DNA of 64,000 nucleotides from Raillietiella orientalis (taxonomy: Eukaryota): the NCBI GenBank assembly GCA_036172245.1, contig JAYWIR010000001.1, positions 4,030,001-4,094,000 on the forward strand, in the 5' to 3' direction. The notes beneath the pieces are model-generated. The model searched no databases. It saw nothing but the letters and a program-made list of their open reading frames with translations, and was not told where the DNA came from. Position numbers and translations under genes: made by a program. Of this stretch, positions 1 to 12,959 are shown one piece after another. How positions within the stretch are numbered: position 1 is the stretch's first letter; the number at the start of each line of letters is the position of its first letter.

Positions 1-1750
1 TCGCTGTCAAGGAGACGCGGTCTCGGTTTCCAGGAAGCGGCTCGGTTGATTCACCCCCCGGGTGACGACGAGGTGATCTCATCAACCGGCGGCTGAGGCT
101 TCCCAGACTCAGCAGCGGACTTCAGCAGGCTGCGCTAATGGTGAAAAGTTTTCCAGTCGAAGAAGAGGTCACGTTCTGAGGTCACCCGTGCTACTTGGAA
201 AACGCAGTCCTCTCGACCTCAGCTCCCGAACGAGAGCACCGAAATGCTTCGTGAGAGCTGGGATATATGGAGAAAAAGTCTTGAAACGGGGTCCAGAATC
301 CACTCAACATGGATACAGTTCCAGTGGCTGTTCTGTAAGGCAGTCTATCGGAGACGTGCAGCAGTTCGGCGCGGCGCTTGTGCGGAATGTCCTCGCTCTT
401 TGACGGGTGGTGTCGGTATGGCGATGTTCCACGTCGCTCTTGAGGATGCACTCAAATCCCGTGCTGCAAGGAAAGCTGCTTATCTTGCGAACCGTTCTCC
501 TGGAACATCAAGCAATATCAAGCAGCTCAGGAATCAGGCTGAGAGGATTTCGGACTAATCCCAGCTGTGACTGCTTCGGAGATTCTCCGAAAATTATGGA
601 GCTAAGTTGTCGTCAGTGATGTACTCTGAAGGATCCTGGGTTACCTTCTCGATTCCGTCTGGAGAATACACAACCCCATCGTCCCTAAGAACAGATGCTT
701 CTTGGCAAGCGATTCGAGTTAACAAATGAGATTGCTCTTTGAAGATCCGATCACTTGAGAGCCATCTCTACCTCCATTGGAAACGAGGTCTCTCAAGGCT
801 CTTGCAAATTTCGCTCTTAGGTCATATATCTAAGAGGTGGTTGCAGTCTTTCCTCTCTTATAATGAAGGTGATCGACGCACGTTCCTGTTTGAGCAACAA
901 CTATGGATCCAGGCGACACGACAGCAGATCCGGGCAGACGTACTTCCTATTTCTATCTAATCATAACCCTAATGTCCTCCGCAAACGCTCACAGATTCTC
1001 GACCCCTAACAACTACCTGACAGCTTCATGAAGAATCAAGCTTTCAAAAGAGCGGGAAGTCTCTGAGATGTTAAATTTTTCCCAAGTTCCAGCTTTCCAC
1101 CCTCTTTTAAATTGACCTGATCAAGACTAACGTCTTCGTCGGAGAGCGCTGCTTGGGATTGACCCTATCATGTAGCAATGAGAAAGCGGGTTCTCTGGCA
1201 CAGTAGAGTTGCGAACTCAAAGCACACGGTCTGAGTGGAAGCGATGTAGTAAGCGCTGGGCAACGAAACCGAAAGGGCACGACCAAGGAGTGGAAACAGA
1301 GGAAGAGTGAGGTTCATGGGAAAAAAAGCAATCTGTGAGATACCACGAGGCAACCTCTACGACTGCATGGCTATATTCGCTCATGTGAGCTCCCATTCTA
1401 CCCCCCCCCGGGACGTAGGCAAAACACGGGTGGCCATTCATGAGCGTTTCAAGCTCCACATAAGGGAGAGTTGAAGGGGTAGCATGAGCGAGGGATCTCT
1501 TTCGAAGACTTGTGACAGAGGTGAAGGGAGAGAACGACAAGGAGCTGAGCTGGTCGAAAGCTTCTCCGCATGGGACAGTTCACACGAGGAAAGGAAGAGG
1601 GATAAGAGAAAAAAAGATGCCCATCTAACTTGTAGAAACCTGAGCGCATGCAGTGGACAAGGAGATTCAAGATGTCAGGGAAAAAACATCTGCGGTACGG
1701 GCGAAATATCGAGAGAGAAGGCAACACAAGGGAACTGCCGATTTCCCTGC
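1..1750 (-). mobile_element. Decayed non-LTR retrotransposon (LINE) ORF2 fragment: endonuclease to start of RT
   Basis: Minus-strand remnants broken by stops and frameshifts: 'SCRLDP' near 905-925 resembles the APE motif SRLDR, and 'TWNIAIPTPPVKERG' near 395-435 resembles RT W..A.I.PIPKKG. Boundaries approximate. Confidence 0.4.
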
Positions 1751-4700
1751 TTTCTGCTAAGGCCTTCAAGACTGCAGTTGCCACATCAGTAGGAGGAGAG
1801 GAGGAAGTGGAAGGAAGGGGAAGGAGAGGACGTCGCCGTTCCGGGGAAACCTAGGTGAGGTGAATACTTCTGGAAACGCTCGCTAGCCCCTCAAAAACAC
1901 GTGGGAGCAGCAGCCTATTAGTCAGAGGAGAGGTGGCGAGCCATGAGAGACCTTCCAGAGGCTTCGGCGGAAAGGAGAAGAACAGGGGGGGACCTGGGAT
2001 CTGCTCTTACGTTCGGGAGTAACTGTTCTCGCACCCTCTGGTGGAAAAATCCGTGGCACGCGGGAGGATCGCGATGCAAGAAGAAGATGAATGGGGTCGG
2101 GAGGGTCTAATCTCATTAGGATGTATCTGCGCGGTCGTAGGAGGACTGGGAGGGGAGCGATCGATCCGGAGGGCTAATCGAATTCTAGTTCTTCGTCTGA
2201 ACCATCGGATGGAGAAGGAAGGTCTTTTCAAGAAGAAGAGGAGCTGGAGGAACGAAGGAAACAAAAACAAGAAGGAGAATCAGGAAAGGAAGGGGAAGGG
2301 GAAGTGAAAGCAGGAGGAAGCGGAGAAGAGAGGGGGAAACGAAAGAAGTGAAGAAGGAAGACTAGGAAGGAAGGGATACGATGCTTGTTCTCGCACTGTG
2401 AAGAGGAGGAACAAGGAGCAGCAAAGAGAAAAACGTGGCCCATCAGGTAGGAAACGATCGGTTCGACGATACTTTCTCTCTTGCATCGGTGCCTGCGGCG
2501 TGCTCTTTCTTGCCATTCCACACTTCTTGTTCCTCTTCCTTCTTCCTATGCTCTCTGTGTTTCTACCCGGGAAAGGAGCAGGAGGAGGCGACGCGTAGTT
2601 TTTCCCATGTGCCTTGCCTGGAGCTACTCTGTTGCCAAGGCGTCTACCGGAAGGAGGGAATTCGAATGAGCGAGAATACCTCCGTCCTTTTCCAGAGATC
2701 GGCAGGTGGAAGAACTTGAAGGGCACACCCCATGTAACGAATAAGCTGCTGGAGATCAAGCAGCATCCGGCGAAGACCCTCAGTCCTCGCTTACCACGCT
2801 GTCGGGATGGGAGGAAGAGGAAAAGTGTGCACGCAAATGAGGAGGAGTTGGAGGTTTCTTGCCGCTGCTGCGGACGTCGAACTCCAGAGTCCTCGGCCCA
2901 CGCCCTTTCCAGCACCAGAGGGTAGAGCCCACCCCCTCTCCTCTTTTAACTCAAAGCGAAGCGAGACGAACCCGAGTGCTGACCCGGAGTAGTTTGGAAA
3001 GATGGAATGGACAAAGCTGCCTCCGACCGGCTTCCAGAACCCTTGCAGAGGCAATGGGAAGCCCCAAAACACTGAAAAAGGAGGAACTTCGGAGTACTGT
3101 CGGTTGCAAGAGAAGAGAAGCATCCCCACAAACTCGGATGAGGGGAGGTCGTCCGGGTGTCCGCGATGATGCCTCAAGCGTCATCGTAGGTGGAAAAAGA
3201 CACATGCGGAGAGTATCGGTTGCGTTCCGCAGAGAAAAACGGAAGAAGCAGTCGGCTCTAAGAAGCAAAAGGGACCTGATGCTCAGAGCTCCCTTGAGGT
3301 GGCTCTCAGAAGTCAACTCGAGATGCATGCCCTTGGAGGCGAAGGCAGCACCTCCAGGGATGATTTCCCTACCTCTTTTGAGAGGAACGCCGACTGCCTC
3401 CGATGCCACCGGTTTCACAGACCTACTCCCTCCTTCGCTCCCTTCAGAATTTTTCGCCTCATCTTCGAGGATCCTCCGGTTTTCTCCATTCCGTCCATTA
3501 AAAAAGCTAAGCGTCATCTCCGACATCGCCCTCGAGCTGAGTGCTTTTCCAAAATGTCTCGAATAACGGCGGATCCACGTTCGAAAATTCGCCAAGCATG
3601 CAGCCCCGTCCACACGCTTTTTCGACGCCTCCCGCGTCGCTCGAAATAGTCCGACTCGACTTCTCTTGGACCGGGACTCAACCAAGAGACACTATAGACT
3701 CAAGAGAAATCCTCCTAATGATGCAGCTGGTCGCAGGGATGGAAATGCCTGGAGAATCCACGCATCCCCCTGCTACAGGTTTTTTTTTGCCCAAAGGGGT
3801 GGGGGAATGGGGAACAGGGCTCTTGCAACCTTCGAGTTTCTCGCTGCATTTGCCTCGACCCCGCTTCCCCCCCCCTTTTGCTTCCGCCGTCCATCATTCA
3901 AGCAGCTTCCGTCGGCTAGCTTCTTTGCTCGACAGAAAAACTCGAGCTAATTGTCCGGGCTCCTAGTCCTCCCAGTCACATCCACCTACCTCTCCCCTCG
4001 TTCCCGCTTCCTTATAGGGTACATACGAGAAGCACATACAAGGCTACGATCCGCCGCGGTCCTTTCCCGCATACCCATAATTGACCATCACCGTTTCACT
4101 GCTACAGCTTTTGTTGCCAAAGCGACCTTGCAAGGTGCATCCCTCATCAAATTCTCATTCCCGATTAGCCTGACAGACTCTCTTGTCACCCCATAGAGGA
4201 TCGCATCTTTCTGCGATCCTCTGCATCTTCAGGGTGCTCGTAAATCACAAGGACAAGCACCTGATGTCGTTATTATGACGTCACATTACGGAATTAATTA
4301 GGAGGCGCGCGGCTAATTGCAAGCAAACAGCCTATACGCCGCACATCACTATGAGATGAACTGAAAAAGCGGATTAAATGCTCACATAAAATTGCTCGTA
4401 ATAATAAATATTTGACGCACCAACATCACGAGCACGTCACGCCAAAGATCCGCCACGCATTCCCCACCCTGTGACGCTACCGGGAGCGTGTTTCTGCTAC
4501 AGGATTCCCATCGCCTTCGATTTCGACCGCGAAACTCCCTCTGCGTTGTTCCTCCCTCGCATTCGCGTTCTTTCCCGCTCAGCGTTCCCGTGCAACGCCG
4601 CTTCGATGAGCCACGATTTCCGCGGTGCGCCTTCGAACATAACGCGTTCGCTTCCGAGAGCTTCCTGTCCTTCCAAGGAGGCTTCCGGAGGAAGTCACGC

Positions 4701-4899
4701 GTCTCTCGCTTTGTCCTTGCTGGATTTCACTTCGCCTCGCTGCTGATTGGATTCGATCGCCGCCTTCGCCCTATCGCTCCAGCTCCGGGGCGAAATAGGC
4801 TCGGTCCATGCGAACCAACGCGTATCCGGCTGTGCGGTGGCCGGCTGGCACATGATTCGAACCGGACGGCCGTCCCTTCAGTGAGAGGTCACAAAGGAG

Positions 4900-5257
4900 C
4901 ATAGGAGGGTCTCGGGTGGGCTACGAAGGAGGCGGCCCTCAACCGTCAGGCGATTTGGCTTCGTCAAGCCGGTTGAAAATTCTTCGGCGCCAGATTGATG
5001 CAGCACTCGAGAAGCAACAGCACCCGTTGCCTCGGAGCCGCACACCTTCACGCTGCATCCGAAGGGACGAAGCGACCGACTGCGAGGAGGAAGAGTCACA
5101 CCACGTCAGCAGGGTCAGCAGAATCGACCTTTGCTTGACCAGCAAAGTCCCGCATCACTTGGAAACTCTTGTGTCCTGGTCGGACGTTCTTCCTTTTACC
5201 ATGTATACCATGTGCCTTCACCTTGGAGATGGAAGACCAGCGCGGAAACAGCTACGT
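4900..5257 (+). mobile_element. Decayed LINE endonuclease fragment
   Basis: ORF 4916..5368 contains 'SGDLAS' (GDFN-like) followed by 'VSRIDLCLTS', matching the APE endonuclease SRIDxxL motif. Confidence 0.5.
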
Positions 5258-6014
5258 CAGGCGGGAGATTTCCGGAAATGGGGTCCACGGGAAGTGTCGG
5301 AGAACTGCGGTTCCCGAAACCGGGAGTGTGGTCAGAGTTTCCAGAGTGAGGCTGCCTTCCGCTTCTGAACGGCAACACCTCAGGTGCGGACGGGCCGCCG
5401 GAAGGACGCGGAAGGGGAGAAGCCCCGTGCCATCGATTGCCCGCAGTCCCGAATCCGCTCGCCTCCTCCGGAGGAACCTGTGCAGCAAGCAAAGCGAAGC
5501 CCGGGGAGACAATTTTTTTTCCCACCTCCTCGCAGAGGGTCTTCCTCTCTCTTCGCAACGCACGTGCCCGCCGACCCGTCTCGATCTCAGCCGCCCGTTC
5601 CGCGAGCCGTCGAACCTTCTTAGCCTCCTCGGAATTGCCCGAACGACGGCCGGACGCTCGGATCCTGGCCGGTCCTGGGCGTGCGTCCTACCGCGCCCCG
5701 ACAGCCATTCGGGAACCTCTTGCTGGGCAGAGCATCCTCTTCCAGAGGTCCCTGCGGAACACTTGATACGGGCACGCTACCAACGGTGCCGTTTCGCCTC
5801 GTTCCTCAGCGAAGAGTTTCCTTGGCGACGGACGGCGGCGGGGAAGCGAAAGCTCTTCTCGCTCGCTATCCTCTCTCCCCCCAGGAGCACGACGGTTCAG
5901 GAAAGGAAGGAGAAGGAAAAAAAAGGGGGAGGGAGAAAGAAAGAAGGCACCGTCGAAGGTCCTTCGGCTTCATACCGCCGTCGCGTGGAACTCACCCGGG
6001 AGCTCAGGACCGCT
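5258..6014. repeat. Left arm of a long inverted repeat (757 bp)
   Basis: Reverse complement of 6731-7487. The ORF track shows identical or near-identical peptides on opposite strands (5437..5766+ vs 6979..7308-; 5384..5623+ vs 7122..7361-). Only a handful of substitutions seen. Confidence 0.97.
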
Positions 6015-6730
6015 CACCAGCCGCGACATTATGAGAGGACCAGGATACGAGGGTACGCGGGAGGGATTTTCCCAAGCGCCCCTCCGATCCTTAGCGACAG
6101 CGCGAGCGTGTGGGATGCCCGAACAAGCGCAGCCTCTCGAGCAGCAGCTCCAGACCGTGCTCCCTTCTTTCTTCCGGAGATCGGTCAGCCACTGCTCCTA
6201 CTCTTGCATTTCTCCTCCTCCTTCCTATTCTTCACTTCATCCTCCCTTTCCCGGTTTTTGAGGCGCTCTGGCGGCAAAGAGCGTCTGCTCGAGGGCGGGA
6301 CCTGTCTCAGGCGTTTCCGAGAATACTTCTAGGAGGCACGAACTAGGAGGCAGAGCGTTGCCAGCGGCTTCCTCGCTCAGGCAGATACGCCCGCTTCCCC
6401 CTTCGCTTGTCCCTTCCCAGGAGTGGTCCGCTCCTCGGGAACGAGAGAGCGGTGCGACGAAAGGAAGGGGAGAAAGATAGAGAAGAAGGGGCTCTGTCCA
6501 CGGTAGGGACGCGTTCCTCTCTATGCCCTCATGAAGGGCTTTTCCCTCCTTCCTTGCTTTCCGCGAGGACCAAGAGCCGATCCATAGAGCGGCACTCCCC
6601 TCCGGGGAACCTGCGCTTGCGCTGCTCCGCTTTTCCTCCGCCAGAGAACGGCTGCGGTTGGTTTCCGGTCCGCGACGGCGGCGACGCTCTCTGCCGGGCG
6701 CTCCCCGCTGCTCTTTCCGACTCTGGAGAA

Positions 6731-7487
6731 AGCGGCCCTGCGCTCCTGGGTGAGTTCCACGCGACGGCGGTATGAAGCCGAAGGACCTTCGACGGTGCCT
6801 TCTTCCTTTCTCCCTCCCCCTTTTTTTTCCTTCTCCTTCCTTTCCTGAACCGTCGTGCTCCTGGGGGGAGAGAGGATAGCGAGCGAGAAGAGCTTTCGCT
6901 TCCCCGCCTCCGTCCGTCGCCAAGGAAACTCTTCGCTGAGGAACGAGGCGAAACGGCACCGTTGGTAGCGTGCCCGTATCAAGTGTTCCGCAGGGACCTC
7001 TGGAAGAGGATGCTCTGCCCAGCAAGAGGTTCCCGAATGGCTGTCGGGGCGCGGTAGGACGCACGCCCAGGACCGGCCAGGATCCGAGCGTCCGGCCGTC
7101 GTTCGGGCAATTCCGAGGAGGCTAAGAAGGTTCGACGGCTCGCGGAACGGGCGGCTGAGATCGAGACGGGTCGGCGGGCACGTGCGTTGCGAAGAGAGAG
7201 GAAGACCCTCTGCGAGGAGGTGGGAAAAAAAATTGTCTCCCCGGGCTTCGCTTTGCTTGCTGCACAGGTTCCTCCGGAGGAGGCGAGCGGATTCGGGACT
7301 GCGGGCAATCGATGGCACGGGGCTTCTCCCCTTCCGCGTCCTTCCGGCGGCCCGTCCGCACCTGAGGTGTTGCCGTTCAGAAGCGGAAGGCAGCCTCACT
7401 CTGGAAACTCTGACCACACTCCCGGTTTCGGGAACCGCAGTTCTCCGACACTTCCCGTGGACCCCATTTCCGGAAATCTCCCGCCTG
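6731..7487. repeat. Right arm of a long inverted repeat (757 bp; spacer 6015-6730)
   Basis: Outer ends caggcgggagatttccgg (from 5258) and ccggaaatctcccgcctg (to 7487). Inner ends cccgggagctcaggaccgct and agcggccctgcgctcctggg pair imperfectly. Confidence 0.97.
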
Positions 7488-7489
7488 GG

Positions 7490-9900
7490 GAGCAACTTTG
7501 AGTGACACGTGGGGATGCTTCCTATCCAGGTCGATGCTGAGAATGTTGCCGTGCAGAGGAAGGCAGGACCTCTGGCGCAGGGCGTCGGACGCGGGTTCAC
7601 TCGGTGACACCTTCTCTGGCCTTCCTCAGAACGCTCAGAGTGCCCGGGTCTGCACCCTCCGTGAGCCCTTTTCTCAGAGCTCTCAAAGAGCTTTGTTGGC
7701 GGAACGCGTTCCCCACCAGGGGATATGCTATGAGGGATGGGAAGGGAAGGAGGGAGGGTAAGCACCCGAAGGCAACCCGTAGCGGTCTTCGTTGATGCTT
7801 GCCTGAAGGAGGAAAAAGATAATTCCCCCAAGGTGCTATTTCTCCTGGACTCTCTTGACTTGCGGTGTCCACGTGGCGGCTAGATCAGCTGAGAGAAGGT
7901 GGCTCTTTTTGCGGGGGAAACGGGTCGGGTCTGCCGTTTCTCGTGACGGAAATGCAGGCTGCCGGATATATCCTGCGATGCTCTCGGAACGCTCCAGGAG
8001 CATTCGGTAGTCGGAAGCGTCGCCGGCCGACTACTCCTCCACGGACGCCTGGGAACGCAGCTCAGAAGAGGCATCTTTTTGGAAGGGACGCGGAAGCTGC
8101 TTCTTCGGAAGATGTGGACTCGCTAAGAAGACTGGGGAAAGCCTCCGCCGAAAATCTCCTCTTCCCACTCGGAGCTCTTTTCGGCACCCGCAGCAGCGCT
8201 GCCATCGTCTCAGCAACGTCTCGCTTCTCGGGTGAAGGTCATAGAAGGTGCAGCCAAAGCCGGACTGCTCCTGGTTTGGCGTCGTCGCCCGGTCCAAAGG
8301 GAGTCATCAGGGAATTGAAGGGAGATGATGGACTTCTGCCGAAGGCTGTTCTTCAGTGCATTCGAGCGGCGGAGGACGATCTCTCCCTGTTCTCGAGGCA
8401 CACTTTCCAAGGGTCTAACGGGAGTGGTCCATAGTGCAGACTCTCCAGGAAGGCAGTCTCGTGCTCGGAGGTCGATGAACACCAAGTCTCCTCCCTTTCT
8501 GGAAACCCGAGGCGGTGACTAGGCTGCACGAGTCAGAAGAAGACGCGCAGGATCCGTCCCTACGGCAGGAGCACGCGCGACGACGAGGAATAAAACTGAT
8601 GGGGAGTTCAAGAAGCGGACTCGCCATGGGTTGCCGGACTGCTTCTCCGCAGATCAGATTCAGCTGGCTGCCTTGTAACCATTGGTTTAGAAAACGGAAG
8701 ACGCACGTTGACCAGCGGTTCCGATGTCCGACGATTTCAGCATCGCGCGGAAGATGAACGCGTTGGTGGAGATCGGACAACTGGCCATCATCCTCTGGAA
8801 CTCGCAAAGGAGGATTCCGTGGCAAACAACTTTCACCGCTCTTCCCCCCTTCCCCACACAGGAAAAAGGACCTGATCTCACGAGCAAAGTCGGGAGCACC
8901 GTCACCTGTCGGTGGTTCTGGTGCTCCCAACACTCCGAGCAAAAATGCGAAAGGTCTCGCGTCCTTCATCTTTTCCAGCCGGGAGGTGAGAAAGGAGGGT
9001 GCCGGATGGTTCATCGGGAATCTAGTGAACCACCCCAACGACGTGGAAGTAGACTCCGGGCTTGACTTTCCCTCTTTTCCCCTTGAGAATCCGTGAAGCC
9101 GGAAGATTTGATCCCTTTGGTGGGCACCCGCGCGCGACCGTCGTCGACGCGTTGGGCAGCAGCTCTTCATGCGCTGAGCTTTCCCGTGAGCGGTGCTGCT
9201 GAGTGCGCGGCGATCTGCATCCGCTCGGCGGTTGCCCGCGGTTATGGTGGTGCTGATGACGATCCGGGTGTGCAGCGTTCTCTATCATCACTATCAGAGG
9301 AGACGTTTCTGGAATACTTAGAGGCATCCAGAACCGTATCCTCGGTCGCGCTTCGAAGAGGAGCAAGCATCCACTTCCGAGACATGGAAGCTGCCGGATG
9401 CAGTGTGGGAGCACTCTTAGGGGGCGAGATCATGGGGACAGGAGTTGTGAATTCAAGAGAAACATAACTCCGCCTGGGAGGCGGCAGAGCCTTCGGATCC
9501 CGTGCTGACCACGACCAGGGGTCATGGAAGCGGCCGTTCCCGCCTTCCATGCAAAGAAGTACAGGGTCACACTGGTTCATCAGACGCTTCGCGAATTCAG
9601 GAGATCCTCAAGACTCAGGGGTGCCACTCGCTCGTTTTTCAGCGTGAGTCTCCTGGGCTGAAGGCTCTCCAAGCACCCGCCGCCGATGACGCCGGCAGCG
9701 AGAAGCCGCCAGCTGGCGCTACCAGCCCGCGGCAACGGGCTCGTGACGCAAGAGTGAACAGCAAGACGATAGCTCTCACGGGCACGATGGTCAGATTTCG
9801 TCCTCGCCGCATCCATTCCTCAAAGACTCACCACGGAGACAGGACAGGGGGTAGAGGGCGCGTCTCTCCCGTTGCGCGAGGCTGACCGAATTCCCGATCC
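7490..9900 (+). mobile_element. Decayed LINE ORF2 (RT) remnant
   Basis: 'WNSQRRIPWQTTFTALPPFPTQEKGPDL' in 8724..9065 resembles RT domain 1. An 'LDF' near 9062 and 'PGVQRSLSSLSEETFLEYLE' in 9093..9467 resemble GVPQGSPLSP..F..YLE. The motifs occur in the expected order. Confidence 0.45.
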
Positions 9901-12838
9901 CCGCCGCCATTCATTCCCTCATCCATTATCTATTTATTGACTGCGTCCCTGCGTTCCCTTCTCAGAGCCTCTCCAGAGCCTTCCGAAAGCTCTGCACGGG
10001 AAATTCCGCCATTTTACATGGCCCCATGTCCACGTGTAAACAGCCCGGAGGAGGTGAGCCATCCACTGAAGCGGCACTCTGACCACATCCCGTGTGCAAT
10101 ACGTGGGGTATGGGTGGGTGTTCCTGCAGGTTCCGACTAATTCGGGAGGGGTTGTGAAATGATCTTTCCCGTGAATTTCGCTCAGCTTCTACGGAGTCGT
10201 CTCGTGGGGTCACGCTGCTGGTGGTGGTAGGGTTTCTTGTGCCCTCGGTGCAGAGCCGCCGGATGGAGGGGCGACCGCTTCCGACCATCGGCCCTGCCAA
10301 TCGCAGATCGAACCTCCAGCCATTAGGGAGGTGTGGATGGGATCCTGCGGGTGAATTTGCGGTCGTCGCCGGCCGGGTGGCACACGGATGTCAGGTTACA
10401 GGGATGGAAGAAGGAGGAGAAAGGTGTGGGAAAAAAAACCCAACTTAGTGGTGGCGTGCAGGGTCTCGAAGCAGGAAACCCTAGCGCATCTTCCGGGAAG
10501 AAATTTTGGCTCTGGAGGAAGAGGGGGAGAGGGAACTGCTATTCCGGTGGCCTGATGTGACATCTCGGGACACGGAAAATCCAAAAAAAAAAAGGCAACG
10601 TCCCGCGATCGGTCGGAGGAGTTCCATAAACTCACGGAATGCATTCCTCATCATCCTCAATTCGATGACCTGTGGGAGCGGCGATTCCTTATTGGTTGGA
10701 GCTTCCTCAATAATGGGGGAAGGGAGGAGGACGCGTTTGAGGGCCGATCTCATCTGAAGAGCGAATTTCGGTTCTCCACGCTCCTTTTTCCGACTGGACT
10801 AGCCCAGGACGGGAATCTGCGCTTCTCCAGGATCCCTCCCATTTTGTTTCGCAACACTCCTGGGCACATGATCCATGAAAGTTCGCATGGAATCGTCCCG
10901 AAATGAGTGATAAATAAGGAATGATGCCGCGTCTAATGATTTCGCTCTCGGATGCTCCTCTGTCCCCGACTGTCTCTCCTTCCGCTTCCTGTGGAAGTGC
11001 GGTGCTGGCCGTGGAGGAGGAGGAAGAGAGTGGCATCTCGTGAGCCAGCATCCCACTGCCAGAAAAAAAAAATCGCTGCTCCATCTTGTGGGCTGATCGA
11101 AAACTTTCAGTTTCCCCCTTCCGAAGCTCGGTGGCGGCTCTCGCGAACGACGCTGGCGTCAGGCTGCGCGGATGGTCCGGCTGGCTTTTGGCCACGAAAA
11201 ACGTGGCGGCGGGAATTCCCCTTTACCGTTCTTTCCCCTTTCTTTCCACCACCACGCACTCACTCGCCGCGAACGAGGAAGGAAGGAAGGGTGGGTGGTG
11301 GTTGTGGTGGGGGGACGAGAAAGTCCACCCGTCCCTCACGTTCCCAGGTGCTGGCACGGATCGGGCAGGGAATGAGAAAATGCCAGCATCACAGAAAGAC
11401 ATTTTCTTTGTTTTTCTCGCCACCGGCGATGGGATGATTCATGCACGAAATCCCATAAATCGAAATTTTTCGGAAAATTGCCTTTTCTCTTTCTGCAGCG
11501 GTCTTCGCCGCGCCTCGCGCCATCTTCCGCCGCCGCCGCCACCACATTCCTTCCCATGGCGTTGGAGGGAGCCCGCGTTTCCGGACTTTCCTCTGCAGCC
11601 AGCAGGAACTTATCGACAGTCTCGCCAGGCGACTGCCTGCAGACGCGGATCGCAAGAGGGGCCGCGCGAAGGGAAGGCTTTGCTGGTCTCTTTTCGAGCA
11701 GACCCACGCTCCACTCGGGAAGAAGGGGGAAATGGGGGGGGGGGAAGACCCCGTCGCCTTGGGCTGCCTCCCACTGGCCCACACGCTCGCGCGCGGTGGT
11801 GTCCCTGTCCATCGAGTCGGAGACCACCACGAGGCGGTGATCAGTAGGTTTCTACGGGGAATCGAGCGCCATCTTGTCGGGACAGAAAAGCAACAAAGGA
11901 TAGACGGGGGGAGGAGAAAGGGGGAAATAAAAAACAAAAAAACAAAAACAAAAAAGGGGGAAAAACATTCAGGGAGAGAAAGAAACGAAGCCCAAGTGCA
12001 CACAACCGGAGCGAACGCAGAGCCCGTCTCTTGGAAACTCCAGCATCCCTGCTCAGACTCATCGACAAGTCTCTATGATTAAATTCGTCTTTATTGATGG
12101 AAGAAGTAGCTCTGCTGCTACTAAAAAGGAACATTATGTAGCGTGTCTTGGGGCATTTAGAGGAGAAATTGCTCCGCACGGACCGTAACTCATCCCTCAA
12201 TAAGAAAATGAAATGCATCCCTATCGAGCGGAGCACATCGCGTAGCCACCACGGGGAAGGACTGGGTTCGCTGTTCCGGTGGATGGGGGGGGTTTCGGCG
12301 AGACTCTCGAAAGGGTGGCTCCAGCTCGGCCGAGCGGGATAGGGTGTGAAGTGACTGGAAAGCATTCGCGCGTTCCGGAGACTGAAGGAGGGTGAAGAAG
12401 AGGAAGAGGAGGAGGAGGGAAGACAAACAACAGAAATGTATTGATTGATAATTTGGCACGCCGCTGCTTTCATCTGTTCGATGGCTGGGCGCCACGCCAT
12501 AGCCACCGTTCGATCACGAGTCCCACGGATCCTCCCCTGGCCCGTATCACTCCGCGGGAGGCGCTTGTGTGCACGGCGTCGGCGGTCGGATGAGAGCCAC
12601 GGCACCGTTTCTCGGGGTGCGGTGCACCTGGTCCTTGCATTTTATTTTTTCAACCCTTTTCTTTCTCTCTCCCTCCCCTCTCTCTCTCAATCCTTCCTTC
12701 GATTCCGGAGCATCCCCGTCCTCCGGAGCGCGCGCACGCATATAGGACACGAACACACACACATACACACAGTGTTTCTGGAAGATCGCTATTATATTTA
12801 AATTCGCGCCTCGTGGCAGGGATCGGTTGGTCACTTAC

Positions 12839-12959
12839 CTGCCAAAGACTGTGCCGCGTTCGACAGCAGGAACAGACACTTGAGCAGCTGGACAGCGGTG
12901 CAGTAGTGGATGCGATGTACTTTGCAGAGTTTTCGCCAGTCATCTTCCATGATAGCCAT
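12839..12959 (-). CDS. First coding exon portion, signal-peptide-like: MAIMEDDWRKLCKVHRIHYCTAVQLLKCLFLLSNAAQSLA, then a phase-1 intron; probable secreted or cell-surface protein, with no downstream exon identified in the window
   Basis: The ATG at 12959 follows in-frame stops. There are 40 codons plus 1 nt to the GT donor, with a hydrophobic core and a small-residue S-L-A cleavage-like end. Confidence 0.5.

Noticed and set aside
2280..3685. Intact LINE ORF1 or host gene (211-244 aa ORFs)
   Set aside because: The position upstream of a minus-strand ORF2 remnant is suggestive, but no diagnostic motif was identifiable.
5258..7487. DNA transposon with long terminal inverted repeats
   Set aside because: There is no transposase in the spacer and no evident target-site duplication, and the flanks and spacer look LINE-derived. 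Not fully excluded without genome-wide copy number.
5169..7831. Longest ORFs (387 aa +, 436 aa -, 275 aa -) as real genes
   Set aside because: They are Arg/Ser/Pro-rich with no recognisable domain, and several overlapping frames are open in GC-rich DNA. Their mutual identity is explained by the inverted repeat.
10100..12800. Overlapping 160-254 aa ORFs on both strands
   Set aside because: Low-complexity purine/pyrimidine tracts and homopolymers with no domain signal, consistent with intron sequence.
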